Under the pieces are notes generated by a model. The model saw only the letters and a list, made by a program, of their open reading frames with translations. It was not told the origin of the DNA and searched no databases. From positions 2,608 to 66,607 of the IMG/VR virus record IMGVR_UViG_3300046167_000659: a stretch of 64,000 nt of DNA; one strand, written 5' to 3'. The position numbers were made by a program, and so were the translations under genes. The DNA comes from a virus. Each line of letters opens with the position of its first letter. The first letter of the stretch is position 1. Of the stretch, positions 52,501 through 63,794 are shown in pieces.

Positions 52501-55500
52501 CAATACAGCAAACTCTATGGGTCTTGGCTTTAAAGAAAAAGACCTTAAAACAGCTGGTGATGTTTTAGAGTTCTTAAGTAGTATAGAAGATATAGCTAAA
52601 AGAGGTAGTGCTACAGCTTTAAAAAAGAAGTTTGATCAGTTTAGAACAGTTAAAGTGGATGGTAACAAACTTACTGATTTCCAAGGCAGTGAAATAACAC
52701 CTGAAAAAGCTGAAGAAGCAAGAGCATCTAAAGACTTAGAAGCGTCAGCAACCGATTTAATTAAAAAATACCAGACCAACAAGGAGGGTATGACATCTAA
52801 AGAGTTGACCAATTTAAAAAGTCAATTTGTTAGTATAGGAGTAGAAGCTGTAAGTAGGTGGGCGGCTAAAAAAGGTGTATCTGTTAGTGCTATTAAAGGT
52901 AATCCTGAAATAGCAGGTAAAATTTTAGATCAGCTTGGAAGTGTAACTAAAAACTACAAAGAGGTAAATCCAGTAACTAAACAGAAAAGAGAGCTTAGTA
53001 CTTACATGGAAAGTTTTTTAGGATTAAGAGTTGGTACTAAAATAGTGGAAGAATACAGTAGAAAACTAAAGACTACAAGCGCTGATGCTGACTTCGTTAG
53101 AGAGATTGAAGATAAATCTTCCAGCGGAAACTTAAGTAAGAGAAAAGCTAAAGAAGAAGCTGAATACAGAGATCTAATAGACGTTAGAGAGTTTACACCC
53201 GCAAGAATAAAAAAAGAATTATTAGAAGAAGCCGTAGACGTTGGTAAAGACGCTGGTAGTGTTTCTAAGTTAACATATAAAACTACAGAAATTGATTATG
53301 CGCCAAAAGTAGCCGAAGCGCTGTTAGATATGCCTTATGATAGAGCTACCGGTAAATCTACGTTAAACTATGGTAAAGGCGGTGGCGCAGCTGAAGTTTC
53401 TAGAATGCAAGGTCTTTTTAGAAATATACAAGAGTTTAAAGAGTTTATAAAGACGATGCCAGAATACAACGTTGCTGGCCCAGAAACTGTACTTAAAACT
53501 ATAGAAGGTCAAGAAAAAATTATAGATGTTTCACCTGACGCTAAAGGTTACGCCACAGGTTTAAACAACAAACTACTTAAATTGATGTACGACAAGGTTA
53601 ACGTTCAAATACCTGGTATATCATCTCCTAAAGGTAGAAGCTTAGGTAAAACGTCTCAAACTCAGGTGTGGAGATTAAAACCTGAGTTTAGAAAACCGTA
53701 TGCAGAAACTTTAAGAAAATTACAGCAAGATATAGGTATTACTCCAGCTGGTGAGCTTAGTATACCCATGAAAGCTGCTAATAGAACTAAGTTCGGTACA
53801 CTCTTACAGGGTTTAACAAAGGTATATGTTAGTAATCTTACAAACAAAATAGTAAGATCTAAGATTGAAGAATCTGGCATTAAAACAGCTAAGGGAACAA
53901 AACAGGTAATAGCTGATATTGCGGCTGGTAAGTCTAAGCGTATGGCTAGTAAAGATATTAAAGAAAATATAGCTAAGTTTAAGCCCAGCTTCTTAAAGGA
54001 CCTAAAAGACATAAAAATGTATGAGGAAGGTGAGTCTGATTTTTACAACGCTCTATCATCTGGTATGAGTGTTGAGAAAGCTTTTAACTCTTCCTTTGAT
54101 AAAACTTTTTTAACCAGTAAGAATGGCAAGCCTTTAAAAACTAAAAACGATTTAATAAAGTCTATTGAGTGGATTACTGGCGAATATGATAGGGCTAGTA
54201 GAGCTCTTTCTAAAGGCACTGAGCCAAAGTCACTTCAAAGATTTTTATACGAACAAGTTTCAGAGCAAAGAGCTATTGAGAACTTAAAGTACATGTTAGA
54301 TATAGGTAAAGACGGCATAGATTTTAACGACGCTAGTCAAATAAACGCTAGTGTAAAAGCGCTTGAAAAAGCTATTGGCGAAATATACAAAAAAAAGACA
54401 GACGCTGAACTCGCTGAAGCAGGTGCGTTTTTAGTTAAATCTTACGCTACTAACGCTAAAGTTGGTAGTGGTTTATTTGAGTGGGCTGAAACAGCGTTTG
54501 GAAGACAATTAGAACTATCAAATGGTAAAACAGGTACTCTTAGACAAAGTATATTTGGTAAAGCTGAGGATTTTATAGATCTTATTATAAAACCTAACAT
54601 GACTAACCCTGAGTCTATTAAAGTTGTTAGAAAACAAAAAAAGACTAAAGAAGGTCCTAGAATGGATTTTTCACATGTGGAGTTTAATGGTGAAAGAATA
54701 GATGTAGAAAGAGCTAAGCAAAGCTCAACAGCTGTGAAAGCTGCTATAAAAGAGGTTAAGGAAAGCGGCGTGATGTCTAAGGAAACACTAGACACTTCTT
54801 TAGACTACGCTAACTCTAATAGAGACTTATTTGTAGACATACTAGAGCAATTTAAGGAAAATGGAGACAGAAATGCCTCGGGTATGTTTTTATCAGGAAG
54901 TACGTCTTCTATGGAAGGCATACTAAGAGCCGCAGCTAACCTAAACAGTATTGCTATAAAAGGTAAAGATTTCAACCCTGACAACTACAGGTATGAACAC
55001 AACCCTCCAGCAAACGTCATGAAAGTTTACGCTGTAGATTACTTAAATGGCAATATAACCAAGGCTGAACTTAGAGCTAAGCTAAACGACTACAACGCTA
55101 GTATTATCCCTAAGGAAATGGATAATATTATAAACGAAAAATACCAAAGCTCCCTGCCTTTAGAAGCTATTATAAACACTTGGAAAAGATATTATAACTT
55201 TAGTCACTACGGTAGAGACATAACGGAGCTTACTCTTTACGAAAAGCAAGCTGATGGAACTTATACAACTACTAGAAAAGGAGCTGGGTTTGAACAAGCC
55301 TATAAAGACGCTCAATCTGCCTTAAAGCAAAACACGTCTACAAAAGCTTCTAAGGAATTTTTTGAAAAACCTAAAAGCGTTCAGGAAAGCATAGAAAACT
55401 TAAAATCCTTAGACAAAGCTTTAAAAGCCGGTAATGACGCTAAAGCCCCTGTTAAAAAGATTAGAGTGTTTGACTTTGACGACACGTTAGCTAGATCTAA

Positions 55501-58500
55501 CAGTAAAGTAAATTATACTGCACCAAATGTAGAAGGTGGCTTCTCGCAAGGTGCTAATAAATATAAAGCTATATTTATGGTTGGTGGTCCTGGAGCTGGT
55601 AAAACCAATATAGGTAAAGGATTACAATTAGGTAGACGTGGATACAAAGTAGTTAATCAAGATATAGCTCTAGAGGCTATGAAAGCAGAATCTGGTTTAC
55701 CTGCCAAAGAAAGCGAATACAATAAAGAACAAAGATCTATGAGATCTAAGCTTGGCGCTGCAGCTAGAAAAGCAGCTGTAGCCAAGTTTGATAAGTATGC
55801 TAAAAATGGAGACGGCATGGTCATTGATGGTACTGGTGCTTCTTACAACGCTACAATGAAAAAAGTAAAACAACTTGAAGACGCAGGTTTTGAAGTTCAC
55901 ATGGTCGTAGCTAATACACCTCTTGAAACTGCCATATCAAGAAACAAGGCTAGAGTAGAAAGATCTTTACCTGATTTTGTTGTTAGAAAAACGTGGGAGC
56001 AAGTGCAAGAAAGCGCTAAGAAGTATAGAGAAGATTTTTCTGATAGATTGTATGAGATCGAAACAACTGATATAGGTTTTGGCGAAGCACTTCCTGAAAG
56101 GTTTTTACAGAAGGTTTACTCAGGTATAACAAGAAATAAAGTTGGTAAAATCAATGCATCTGAGTTTGCAAAGCAATCCGATTTATTAGAAAGTCAAGGA
56201 GCTAAGTTTGATTTTAGAGAATTTAGTAAAGTTATAGACGGAGAAAAAGGACCTTTGTTTAGTGTAGCTGAAAAAATAGCTGCAGCAAGAGGAACTGAAG
56301 ATGTATTTATATTAACCGCTAGACCACCTGAGTCTGCTGTAGAGATACAGAAATTCATGAAAGAGTCTGGTATATCAATACCACTTGAAAACATAACTGG
56401 ATTAGGTGATGGTACTGCTAAAGCTAAAGCTAAATGGGTTTTAGATAAAGCAGGTGAAGGTTATAATGATTTTTACTTTGCAGATGACGCTATTAAAAAC
56501 GTTAAAGCCGTTAAAGACATACTAGGTCAAATAGATGTAAAGTCAAAAGTACAACAAGCTAAAGCGTCTAAAGACATAGATCTTAGCAAAACGTTTAACG
56601 AATACTTGGAGCTTAAAACTGGTATTGGAGCTCAAAAGAAATACGCTAGAGTAAAAGGCGAGGTTGCTGGAAAAGGAAAAGGTAAATTAAACTTTTTTGT
56701 TCCTTATTCTGCCAATGATTTTACAGGTTTGCTATACACAACTTTAGCTAAGGGTAAAAAAGGTGAAGCTCAAATGCAGTTTTACAAAGAAACAATGCTG
56801 GACCCTTACGCTAGAGCTATGAATAACATATCTAGAGACAGAATCGCTATGCTAAACGACTTTAACGCATTAAAAAAAGCAAATAAACTCTGTACCTAAA
56901 AATCTAAAGAAAAAACTACCTGGAGAACCTTTTACCCAAGAGCAAGCTATTAGAGTTAACTTATGGAGTAAGCAAGGTATGGAAGTTCCTGGCTTAAGTA
57001 AGGCGGATTTAAAATCACTTAACGAATTTGTAGAAAAATCTCCAGAGCTAAGCTCCTTTTCAGATCAGTTATCAAACATATTAAAAGGAGATCAATACGC
57101 TAAACCTGGAGAAGGTTGGGTTACTGGTACAATTACCACAGATTTACTACAAACTTTAAATACAACTAAGAGAGCTAAATACTTAGAGCCTTGGAAGCAA
57201 AACGTTAGTGAAATATTTTCTGAGCAAAACTTAAACAAGCTTGAAGCTGCCTTTGGTAAAAATTATAGATCTTCTATGGAAGGTATATTGAAACGTATGG
57301 AGACTGGTAGAAATAGAGGTAACAATGCAGATAAGTTTTCAGGCAAGCTAGTCGATTGGTTGACAGGTAGTATTGGTGTGACTATGTTCTTTAACACTAG
57401 ATCAGCAGTACTACAGACGCTTTCTTCTTTTAACTATTTAAACTTTAAAGACAACAATATATTTGCCGCAGGAAAAGCTTTTGCTAATCAAAAACAATAC
57501 TGGAAGGATTTTTCTACATTGATGAACTCTGATTTCTTAAAAGAAAGAAGAAGTGGTTTACGTATAAATGTAAACGAAGCAGACATTGCTGATATGGCTA
57601 AGAAAGGTGGCGTAAGAGGTGTTGTTAATAAGCTTCTTGAATTTGGTTTTACACCAACGCAGGTTGCTGATAGTTTTGCTATAGCATCTGGAGGTTCTAC
57701 TTATTACAGAAATAGAATAAAAAAATACGTGAAAGAAGGTATGAATGAGGCTGCTGCAGAAAAGCAAGCTCTTAAAGACTGGAGAGAAACATCGGAAGAA
57801 AACCAACAGTCATCTAGACCTGACAGAATATCAGCTCAACAATCTAGTGATTTAGGTAGAGTTGTTTTAGCTTTTGCTAACACTCCTATGCAGTACAACC
57901 GTATAATGAAAAAAGCCTATATGGATCTTAAAGATGGTAGAGGTAGTAAAAAAGAAAACATATCAAAAATACTTTATTACGGAGCTGTTCAAAACTTGAT
58001 CTTTAACGCTCTTCAAAATGCTTTGTTTGCGATAGCTTTTGATGAAGATGATGAAATGTCTGAGCAAGAGAAACAAAGTTCTTATAGAACATTAAACGGT
58101 ATGGCAGATTCTGTTATGAGAGGTTCTGGTTACGTAGGTGCTATAGCTAGTGTCTTAAAAAACACGGCTATAAAGCTAAACACTGAGCTTGATAAAAAAC
58201 GACCAAACATAGAAAGAGTCTTAGTTTCTGACTTGTTAAAAGTATCACCACCTTTATCAGCTAAAGTTTCACAGATTCAAAACGCTTCTAGAGCTTACCA
58301 ATGGAATAAAAATGAAATGATGGAAAAAGGTTTTAGTTTAGATAACCCAGCTTATTTAGCTGGCGGTCAAGTTATATCCGCAGCTACTAACTTACCATTA
58401 GATAGATTAATTAAGAAGGTAAATAATATAGATGCTGCTTTGGGAGAGAATGTAGAAGAATGGCAAAGAATTGCTTTGCTAGCAGGTTGGAATGAATGGA

Positions 58501-58592
58501 ATTTGGGTATGCAGGAAACTAGTAAAAAAACAAAAAAATCAAAGAAAACTAAAGGCATAAGTAGAAAACTTAAAAAAAGAAAATTAAGATAA
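49592..58592 (+). CDS. Giant (~3000 aa) polyvalent internal virion protein (probable frameshift near 56880)
   Basis: HELGH zincin motif, HAD motifs (FDFDDT, ILTARP, FADD), P-loop GGPGAGKT, helical C-terminal region. Confidence 0.8.
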
Positions 58593-58614
58593 ATCAACAT
58601 TTAAAATAAAAAAA

Positions 58615-59042
58615 ATGAGTTCACCATTGTACGCAAAAATAAGCGGAGCCTGTAAGTCCGCTGCTAAAAAAAAGTTTAAAGTTTGGCCAAGCGCTTATGC
58701 TTCAGGTTGGGGTGTTAGATGCACTAAAGCTGGAGGCCCAAGTAATTTTGGTAATAAAAAGAAAAAATAATGTATAAGCAACCAGGAAATACACCTTTAA
58801 ATAAAGCTAAAGGCGGAGGTACACGTAAAGTGTGTTTACCTTCAGCTAAAGTAAAATCAATGAGTAAAGAGGCTAAGGAAAAAGTTGTCAGAGCTAAAGA
58901 ATCTGCTGCCTCGCAAGGTAAAAGAGAAAGATCTACAAAGTCAGAAGTTAAAGGCGCACGTAAAAAAGGAGCTACACTACGTGATTGGTTTGAAAAAGAA
59001 AATTGGATTAATGTAAAAACAGGGGAACCTTGTGGTAAATAA
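58615..59042 (+). CDS. Two small basic proteins (58615-58770, 58770-59042)
   Basis: AKKKFKVWPSAYASG; KVCLP...LRDWFEKENWINVKTGEPCG. Confidence 0.65.
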
Positions 59043-59048
59043 CATAAA

Positions 59049-59204
59049 ATGAATATATCAGATATAAAATTATACGCTATGAATGGTGGTACATTAGGCG
59101 TAACTACTTTTACTCAAATAGAAGATTGGTTGAAAATAATATTATTAGTAGTAACCATAGGTTATACTATAACCAAGTGGTCTAGAGTTAAAGAGGAGGA
59201 GTAA
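59049..59204 (+). CDS. Putative small holin (51 aa)
   Basis: Hydrophobic WLKIILLVVTIGYTITKW, charged tail; TAATG overlap with the endolysin. Confidence 0.6.
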   Translation: MNISDIKLYAMNGGTLGVTTFTQIEDWLKIILLVVTIGYTITKWSRVKEEE

Positions 59205-59557
59205 TGAGGTATTTTAAGTTAGAAGAATTTGATTCGCCTGACGAGAAAGGTAGTGGTGGCAAAATGAGTGAAGAGCTTTTAAGCATGCTTGATATTGCTC
59301 GTAAAAAGTTTGGCAAACCTATAAAAATAAACTCAGGTTACAGAACTGTGGAACACAATAAAAAAGTAGGTGGGAAACCTTCGTCTTCTCATCTTAAAGG
59401 ATTAGCCGCGGATATTGCTTGCGCAAACTCTGTAGATAGATTTAAGTTAGAAGGTATATTAAGAGAAGTAGGATTTAATAGATTAGGCGTAGCAAGTACG
59501 TTTATTCACGTAGACATAGATAAAAACAAATCACCCAATGTAATGTGGGTATATTAA
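59204..59557 (+). CDS. Endolysin, peptidase M15A family
   Basis: INSGYRT..HN..VGG...SSHLKGLAADI, FIHVD. Confidence 0.9.
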   Translation: MRYFKLEEFDSPDEKGSGGKMSEELLSMLDIARKKFGKPIKINSGYRTVEHNKKVGGKPSSSHLKGLAADIACANSVDRFKLEGILREVGFNRLGVASTFIHVDIDKNKSPNVMWVY

Positions 59558-59700
59558 AACATGTATAGCATATGAAAACAAAAGGAATAGGACCTCAAGG
59601 TCTAGGATTAAAAGGAAATAACGGGTATAAAATAGGCTCTGAAGATGCCGCGCCTACAAAGAAAAAATATAAAAAAAAAGGAAGTAAATGTAATAAATAA

Positions 59701-59733
59701 AAAAAAGGGTGCCATTTCTGACACCCTAATTTT
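59701..59733. terminator. Bidirectional terminator between convergent blocks
   Basis: A-run, AGGGTGCCA-TTTC-TGACACCCT, then AATTTT. Confidence 0.65.
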
Positions 59734-59748
59734 CAACTAACTAACTAA

Positions 59749-61467
59749 CTAACCATCGCATGCAAGACAATCTTCACTCATCGCTTGCTGTGCAATATCT
59801 CCACGTAGAACACTCTCTGTTCTCGTATAATATAGAGTCTTAACTCCGTTTTTCCAAGCATCAAAGTGTACTTTATTAAGCCACTTAGGTGTTGCTTCAC
59901 TAGGAAAAGCTAAATTCAAACTAACTGATTGATCTATGTACTGCTGACGTAGTCCAGCTTGATTAACTAACTCCAATTGGTTAATCTCCTTAAAAGTCTT
60001 AAATACCTCTTTTGCTGGTATGTCGTGGCCCATAGTGATATCATCAAGCTCAGCAATATCTTGAACGCTACCACCATCAGCAAGGATTTTATTCCATATT
60101 TCATTTGTATTCAGTTTATGTTTCCTTAATAACTTTAAAAGCGTAGGATTTTTTCTTATAAAAGTTCCTTTAGCTGATTGCTCTGTAAACACATTAGCAG
60201 CCCAAGGTTCAATACCTGCACTTACATTTCCCGACAATTTACTATTAGATACAGTAGGAGCAACGGCGCGCAAATGAGTATTGCGCATACCAGTGCCAAC
60301 GCACCACAGAGGCTCACCATAAGTTTCAGCAAGATCCATGGAAGCTCTTTCACTTTCGATTTTAATTTGCGAAAAGATTTTCCTAGTTTCAAACTGAGAT
60401 AATAAACCTTCGAAAGGAATACCCTTCTCTTGTAAGTAAGTATGCCAGCCGAGGACTCCCAGTCCCAATGCTCTCCCTTTCTGTGCAGATCGTATAGAAT
60501 TCTCGAATCCGCGTAGTCCTTTCGCCCTTTGAATAAATTCTTCCATAACACCGTCAAGAAACCAAGTGGCGTCATAAATAAGGTTAGTGTCTTTCCATTC
60601 GTCATATTTTGCTAAGTTTAATGATGACAAGCAACAGACAAAGCTGTGGTTCTCATCGGTGTGTAATGCAATTTCTGAACATATGTTCGTCATATGTACT
60701 TTTAATCCGTTTTCTTTATATGCTTTTGGATTTGCTTTGTTAACGTTTCCTTTAAATAATATATACGGTTCTCCAGTTGCCTTTCGCTTTCTAAGTAGTT
60801 TACTCCATCTAGTCCTAGCATTCGCATCTCCTTGTTCAAGGCGTCGCATAAACTTATCACCCACAACTGCGCATTGATGTAAGTTAAGCGATTGTCTATT
60901 AACATCTCCTTTAGGTTCTCTGATCTCAAGCCACTCTTCGAAATCATCGTGTTCAATATTGATGTTAACCGATGCTGCTCCTCTTCTGACTGATCCTTGA
61001 TTAGTCGCGAGTATTGTTGAGTCATATATTTTACAAAAGGGTACAACTCCGTCTGATGTTCCATTTCCTGTTATTGTTGCGCCAGCGGGTCTTATTTGAT
61101 TAACTCCGATACCAACTCCACCGCCGTGCTTAGCGAGTAGCATCATCTCTAAATTCTTTTGTCCTATGTCTTGTATACTATCAGCCACATCAATCCCAAA
61201 ACAACTGATAGGCAAACCCCGATCAGTACCTGTATTAGATAATACTGGGCTAGCGAGGCAAAGCCAGCCGTTCCAGATGTACTCGAAGAAAGTCTCTGCC
61301 ATTTCTGGCTTATATAATCTACGAGCAACTGTTTTAGCGACGCGATGGTATGCTTCTCTAGGTGACTCTCCGTCAAATAGATATCCCCCGGATATTGTCT
61401 TCTTGTATACGTCCGTATTACCCCACGTAGGGTAATCTTCTCCTTTTTTCCAATTTTCATTCCACAT
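59749..61467 (-). CDS. nrdA: Ribonucleotide reductase class I, alpha subunit
   Basis: SPVLSN, PISCF, TNICSEI, VCCLSSLNL, APTVSNS, IDQSVSLN, KTLYY, C-terminal CLACDG. Confidence 0.95.
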   Translation of the reverse strand: MWNENWKKGEDYPTWGNTDVYKKTISGGYLFDGESPREAYHRVAKTVARRLYKPEMAETFFEYIWNGWLCLASPVLSNTGTDRGLPISCFGIDVADSIQDIGQKNLEMMLLAKHGGGVGIGVNQIRPAGATITGNGTSDGVVPFCKIYDSTILATNQGSVRRGAASVNINIEHDDFEEWLEIREPKGDVNRQSLNLHQCAVVGDKFMRRLEQGDANARTRWSKLLRKRKATGEPYILFKGNVNKANPKAYKENGLKVHMTNICSEIALHTDENHSFVCCLSSLNLAKYDEWKDTNLIYDATWFLDGVMEEFIQRAKGLRGFENSIRSAQKGRALGLGVLGWHTYLQEKGIPFEGLLSQFETRKIFSQIKIESERASMDLAETYGEPLWCVGTGMRNTHLRAVAPTVSNSKLSGNVSAGIEPWAANVFTEQSAKGTFIRKNPTLLKLLRKHKLNTNEIWNKILADGGSVQDIAELDDITMGHDIPAKEVFKTFKEINQLELVNQAGLRQQYIDQSVSLNLAFPSEATPKWLNKVHFDAWKNGVKTLYYTRTESVLRGDIAQQAMSEDCLACDG

Positions 61468-61746
61468 TTATGATAAATATAATATTGTGTAGGCTATTGC
61501 TACGTTTAAATTAACTGCTACTAAGTTCCATTGTTTTGCTACAAACACTTGAGGTATTGATAATGTACCTGCTATCATGTATGTAACTATTCCTATTTGA
61601 TCCGGTAATAAATGGGGAGACATCATCATAAATGCCGTCCCCATATATCCTAATCTACTTGACAGTCTTTCTACTGGCGTTAGCTTCTTCTGCCTTACTA
61701 GACTCTTCAGCCATTTTCTTCTTAAGGTCTTCGATCGCTTGTTCAT
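61468..61746 (-). CDS. Small membrane protein
   Basis: Three hydrophobic segments. Confidence 0.55.
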   Translation of the reverse strand: MNKRSKTLRRKWLKSLVRQKKLTPVERLSSRLGYMGTAFMMMSPHLLPDQIGIVTYMIAGTLSIPQVFVAKQWNLVAVNLNVAIAYTILYLS

Positions 61747-61885
61747 AGTCGTCCATCTGTTTAATTGTTTCTAATGTACCTACAGCTAGATCTTTTAACT
61801 GAGGTACCTCTCTCATTAAAAATTGAACAGCTTGACCAAGCGTTTCAATTTTGTTTTTCATTTCTATTAAAGTTTGTTCTTTCAT
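61655..61885 (-). CDS. Small coiled-coil protein
   Basis: 76-aa ORF between nrdB and nrdA. Confidence 0.6.
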   Translation of the reverse strand: MKEQTLIEMKNKIETLGQAVQFLMREVPQLKDLAVGTLETIKQMDDYEQAIEDLKKKMAEESSKAEEANASRKTVK

Positions 61886-61924
61886 TTATATAATTGTTCG
61901 TATAATTCGTTTTCAGTTATGACA

Positions 61925-62893
61925 TTACCAAATGTCTTCGAAGTCTTCACCTTCCCCAGCTTTCGAGTAATCAGTCGGCCTAGTCGCGAAAAAATCAGTA
62001 TGAGTGACCCCGCCGGTAAGATGATAGAACCAATCAAGATTACCTGCTGCTTTGGCGTCATACGCAAAATACGAGCCCAAGTCAACGTAACCGAGTTCCA
62101 CAAGTTTTTCATTTGTTCTCTTTTTTATAAAGTGTTTTAAGTCATTAGCTGATATACCTTCGATATCACCAGCTTCAAACATTTTGTCAATATATTTTGT
62201 TTCTAATTTAATCATGGTTTCCGCAGCTTTTATTATATCTTCTCGACATAAGTTTAGCAATTGCCCATTTTCACTGCACATATCGCGGAATAGCTTGCAA
62301 CCCATTTTACTGTGTAATGATTCATCTCTCACTGACCATTTCATTTGCTGTCCAATACCTTTAAGCAAATTGCGTAACTGAAAAGAATACAGCACTGCAA
62401 AAGCAGAGTATAAACTAACTCCTTCAGCAAATGCTGAGAAGACAGCAAGTGACTTAGCAATGCCAATTGGGTTATCACCATCGTAAGCAACAAGATTATC
62501 AAAGCGCTCAGCCGTAGCAGGCTCATGTAAAAATGCTTCATAGTCTTCTAGTTTTAATGTTTCGTTTAAATAACTATACGCTACAGCGTGAATAGTCTCT
62601 TGTGACCCGAACATCATAGCCATTTGTTGTATCTCGTGCTTAGGAAACCAACCAACTACTTTCTGTGTCCAATAATCCGATACCGCGCACTCCGTCTGTG
62701 CAAAGCCGAGTAAAATGTTACCGACCAAGTGTTTTTCTTTATCATCTAATTTTTCGTTCCAATCTTTAATGTCGCTCTGCATAGATATTTCGGTATGTAA
62801 CCAAAATGCTTGAGCCTGTTTTAGCCAGCCTTCTGTGTAGTACTCAGGGTACTCAAAAGGTTTATAAGCTACTCTTTTATCAAATAATCCCAT
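61925..62893 (-). CDS. nrdB: Ribonucleotide reductase class I, beta subunit
   Basis: FWLHTE, ETIHAVAY, EGVSLYSAF, RDESLH, TDFF. Confidence 0.95.
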   Translation of the reverse strand: MGLFDKRVAYKPFEYPEYYTEGWLKQAQAFWLHTEISMQSDIKDWNEKLDDKEKHLVGNILLGFAQTECAVSDYWTQKVVGWFPKHEIQQMAMMFGSQETIHAVAYSYLNETLKLEDYEAFLHEPATAERFDNLVAYDGDNPIGIAKSLAVFSAFAEGVSLYSAFAVLYSFQLRNLLKGIGQQMKWSVRDESLHSKMGCKLFRDMCSENGQLLNLCREDIIKAAETMIKLETKYIDKMFEAGDIEGISANDLKHFIKKRTNEKLVELGYVDLGSYFAYDAKAAGNLDWFYHLTGGVTHTDFFATRPTDYSKAGEGEDFEDIW

Positions 62894-63332
62894 TATATAT
62901 TTATTATGTGTTGTACAGTCTTTAATTCGGTCTTCCAGGCATCAATATAAGCCATTATATCGATCTTTCGCGTAGACTTTGATACTTTATCCATATCATC
63001 TAAAACAGACCGTATAAACAGGTCTATCGTATGGAATTGTGTTTCTACATCTTGATCCATTATTTAAAAATTGTTAACGCAAGATCTACAAAAGGTAGGT
63101 ACAACACGTGCGTTGTTTGTTCAGGCTCAGGATATGTCCTAGCACCTATTAATACTCCAGGGTAAAACCCTATTTCTATTGACCATAATGCTTTGTTTTC
63201 TTCTTTATCCATAAACTTTTATTTTATATTCATCTTGTAATTCTACTAATTCATTGTATTTAACTTTACCTCGTATTTCCCAGCTCCATTTAACAAACTT
63301 TTCAATTTGACGCTCGGCATACTTTTGTCTAG

Positions 63333-63794
63333 CTATCCTTTTTGCTTCGAAAGGATTATGCTTACTGTCTCGTCGCATTCTTTTTGATTTTGTGGTTTGT
63401 ATAATGTAATACCTGGAAATTGCCTAACAATTAATTGTTTAAACAACTTCCAACGCATTGGAAAACTTTCGTTTGCTCGACCTTTAGTTTCTATAATAAA
63501 ATCATCGCCAATAAAATCAGGAGTGTATTTAATAGGAAGTATTCTTTTACAACCTCTATTTTTGTACTCGCCTTTACCATTAGCTTGTCTTTCATATACT
63601 TCGTTTTCAAAATGAAAACCATTAAGCAAAACAAAAGTTTCTCCTTCATACTTAGATTTTATTTTAGCTTTTTTTAAAGCCATATACATATAACGCTCTA
63701 GCCCTGAGGCGAAGTTGATGCCATCATATGACACCTTCTTCGACTGCACTGGACCTTTTTTTCTACTTCGTTTTTTATAGGGTAGTCTCTTCAT
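63333..63794 (-). CDS. Endonuclease I-like Holliday junction resolvase
   Basis: FASGLE, YEGE, YTPDF, IIETKG. Confidence 0.8.
   Translation of the reverse strand: MKRLPYKKRSRKKGPVQSKKVSYDGINFASGLERYMYMALKKAKIKSKYEGETFVLLNGFHFENEVYERQANGKGEYKNRGCKRILPIKYTPDFIGDDFIIETKGRANESFPMRWKLFKQLIVRQFPGITLYKPQNQKECDETVSIILSKQKG

Noticed and set aside
15542-58592. Programmed frameshifting or pseudogenisation in groEL, terminase, portal, tail and giant genes (also near 4507 and 6888)
   Set aside because: Nearly every break I could resolve is one extra base in a short homopolymer within an essential gene, with no shared slippery site. This pattern fits long-read sequencing error.
49592-58592. Virion RNA polymerase as in crAss-like or N4-like phages
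   Set aside because: No DxDxD (DFDID/DFDGD) or single-subunit RNAP motif was recognised; the FDFDDT motif fits a HAD phosphatase with matching downstream motifs.
13988-63677. Numerous antisense or alternate-frame ORFs in the track (e.g. 30134-30682, 51169-51753, 60702-61064)
   Set aside because: They are nested within well-supported genes and lack recognisable motifs; they are shadows of codon bias.
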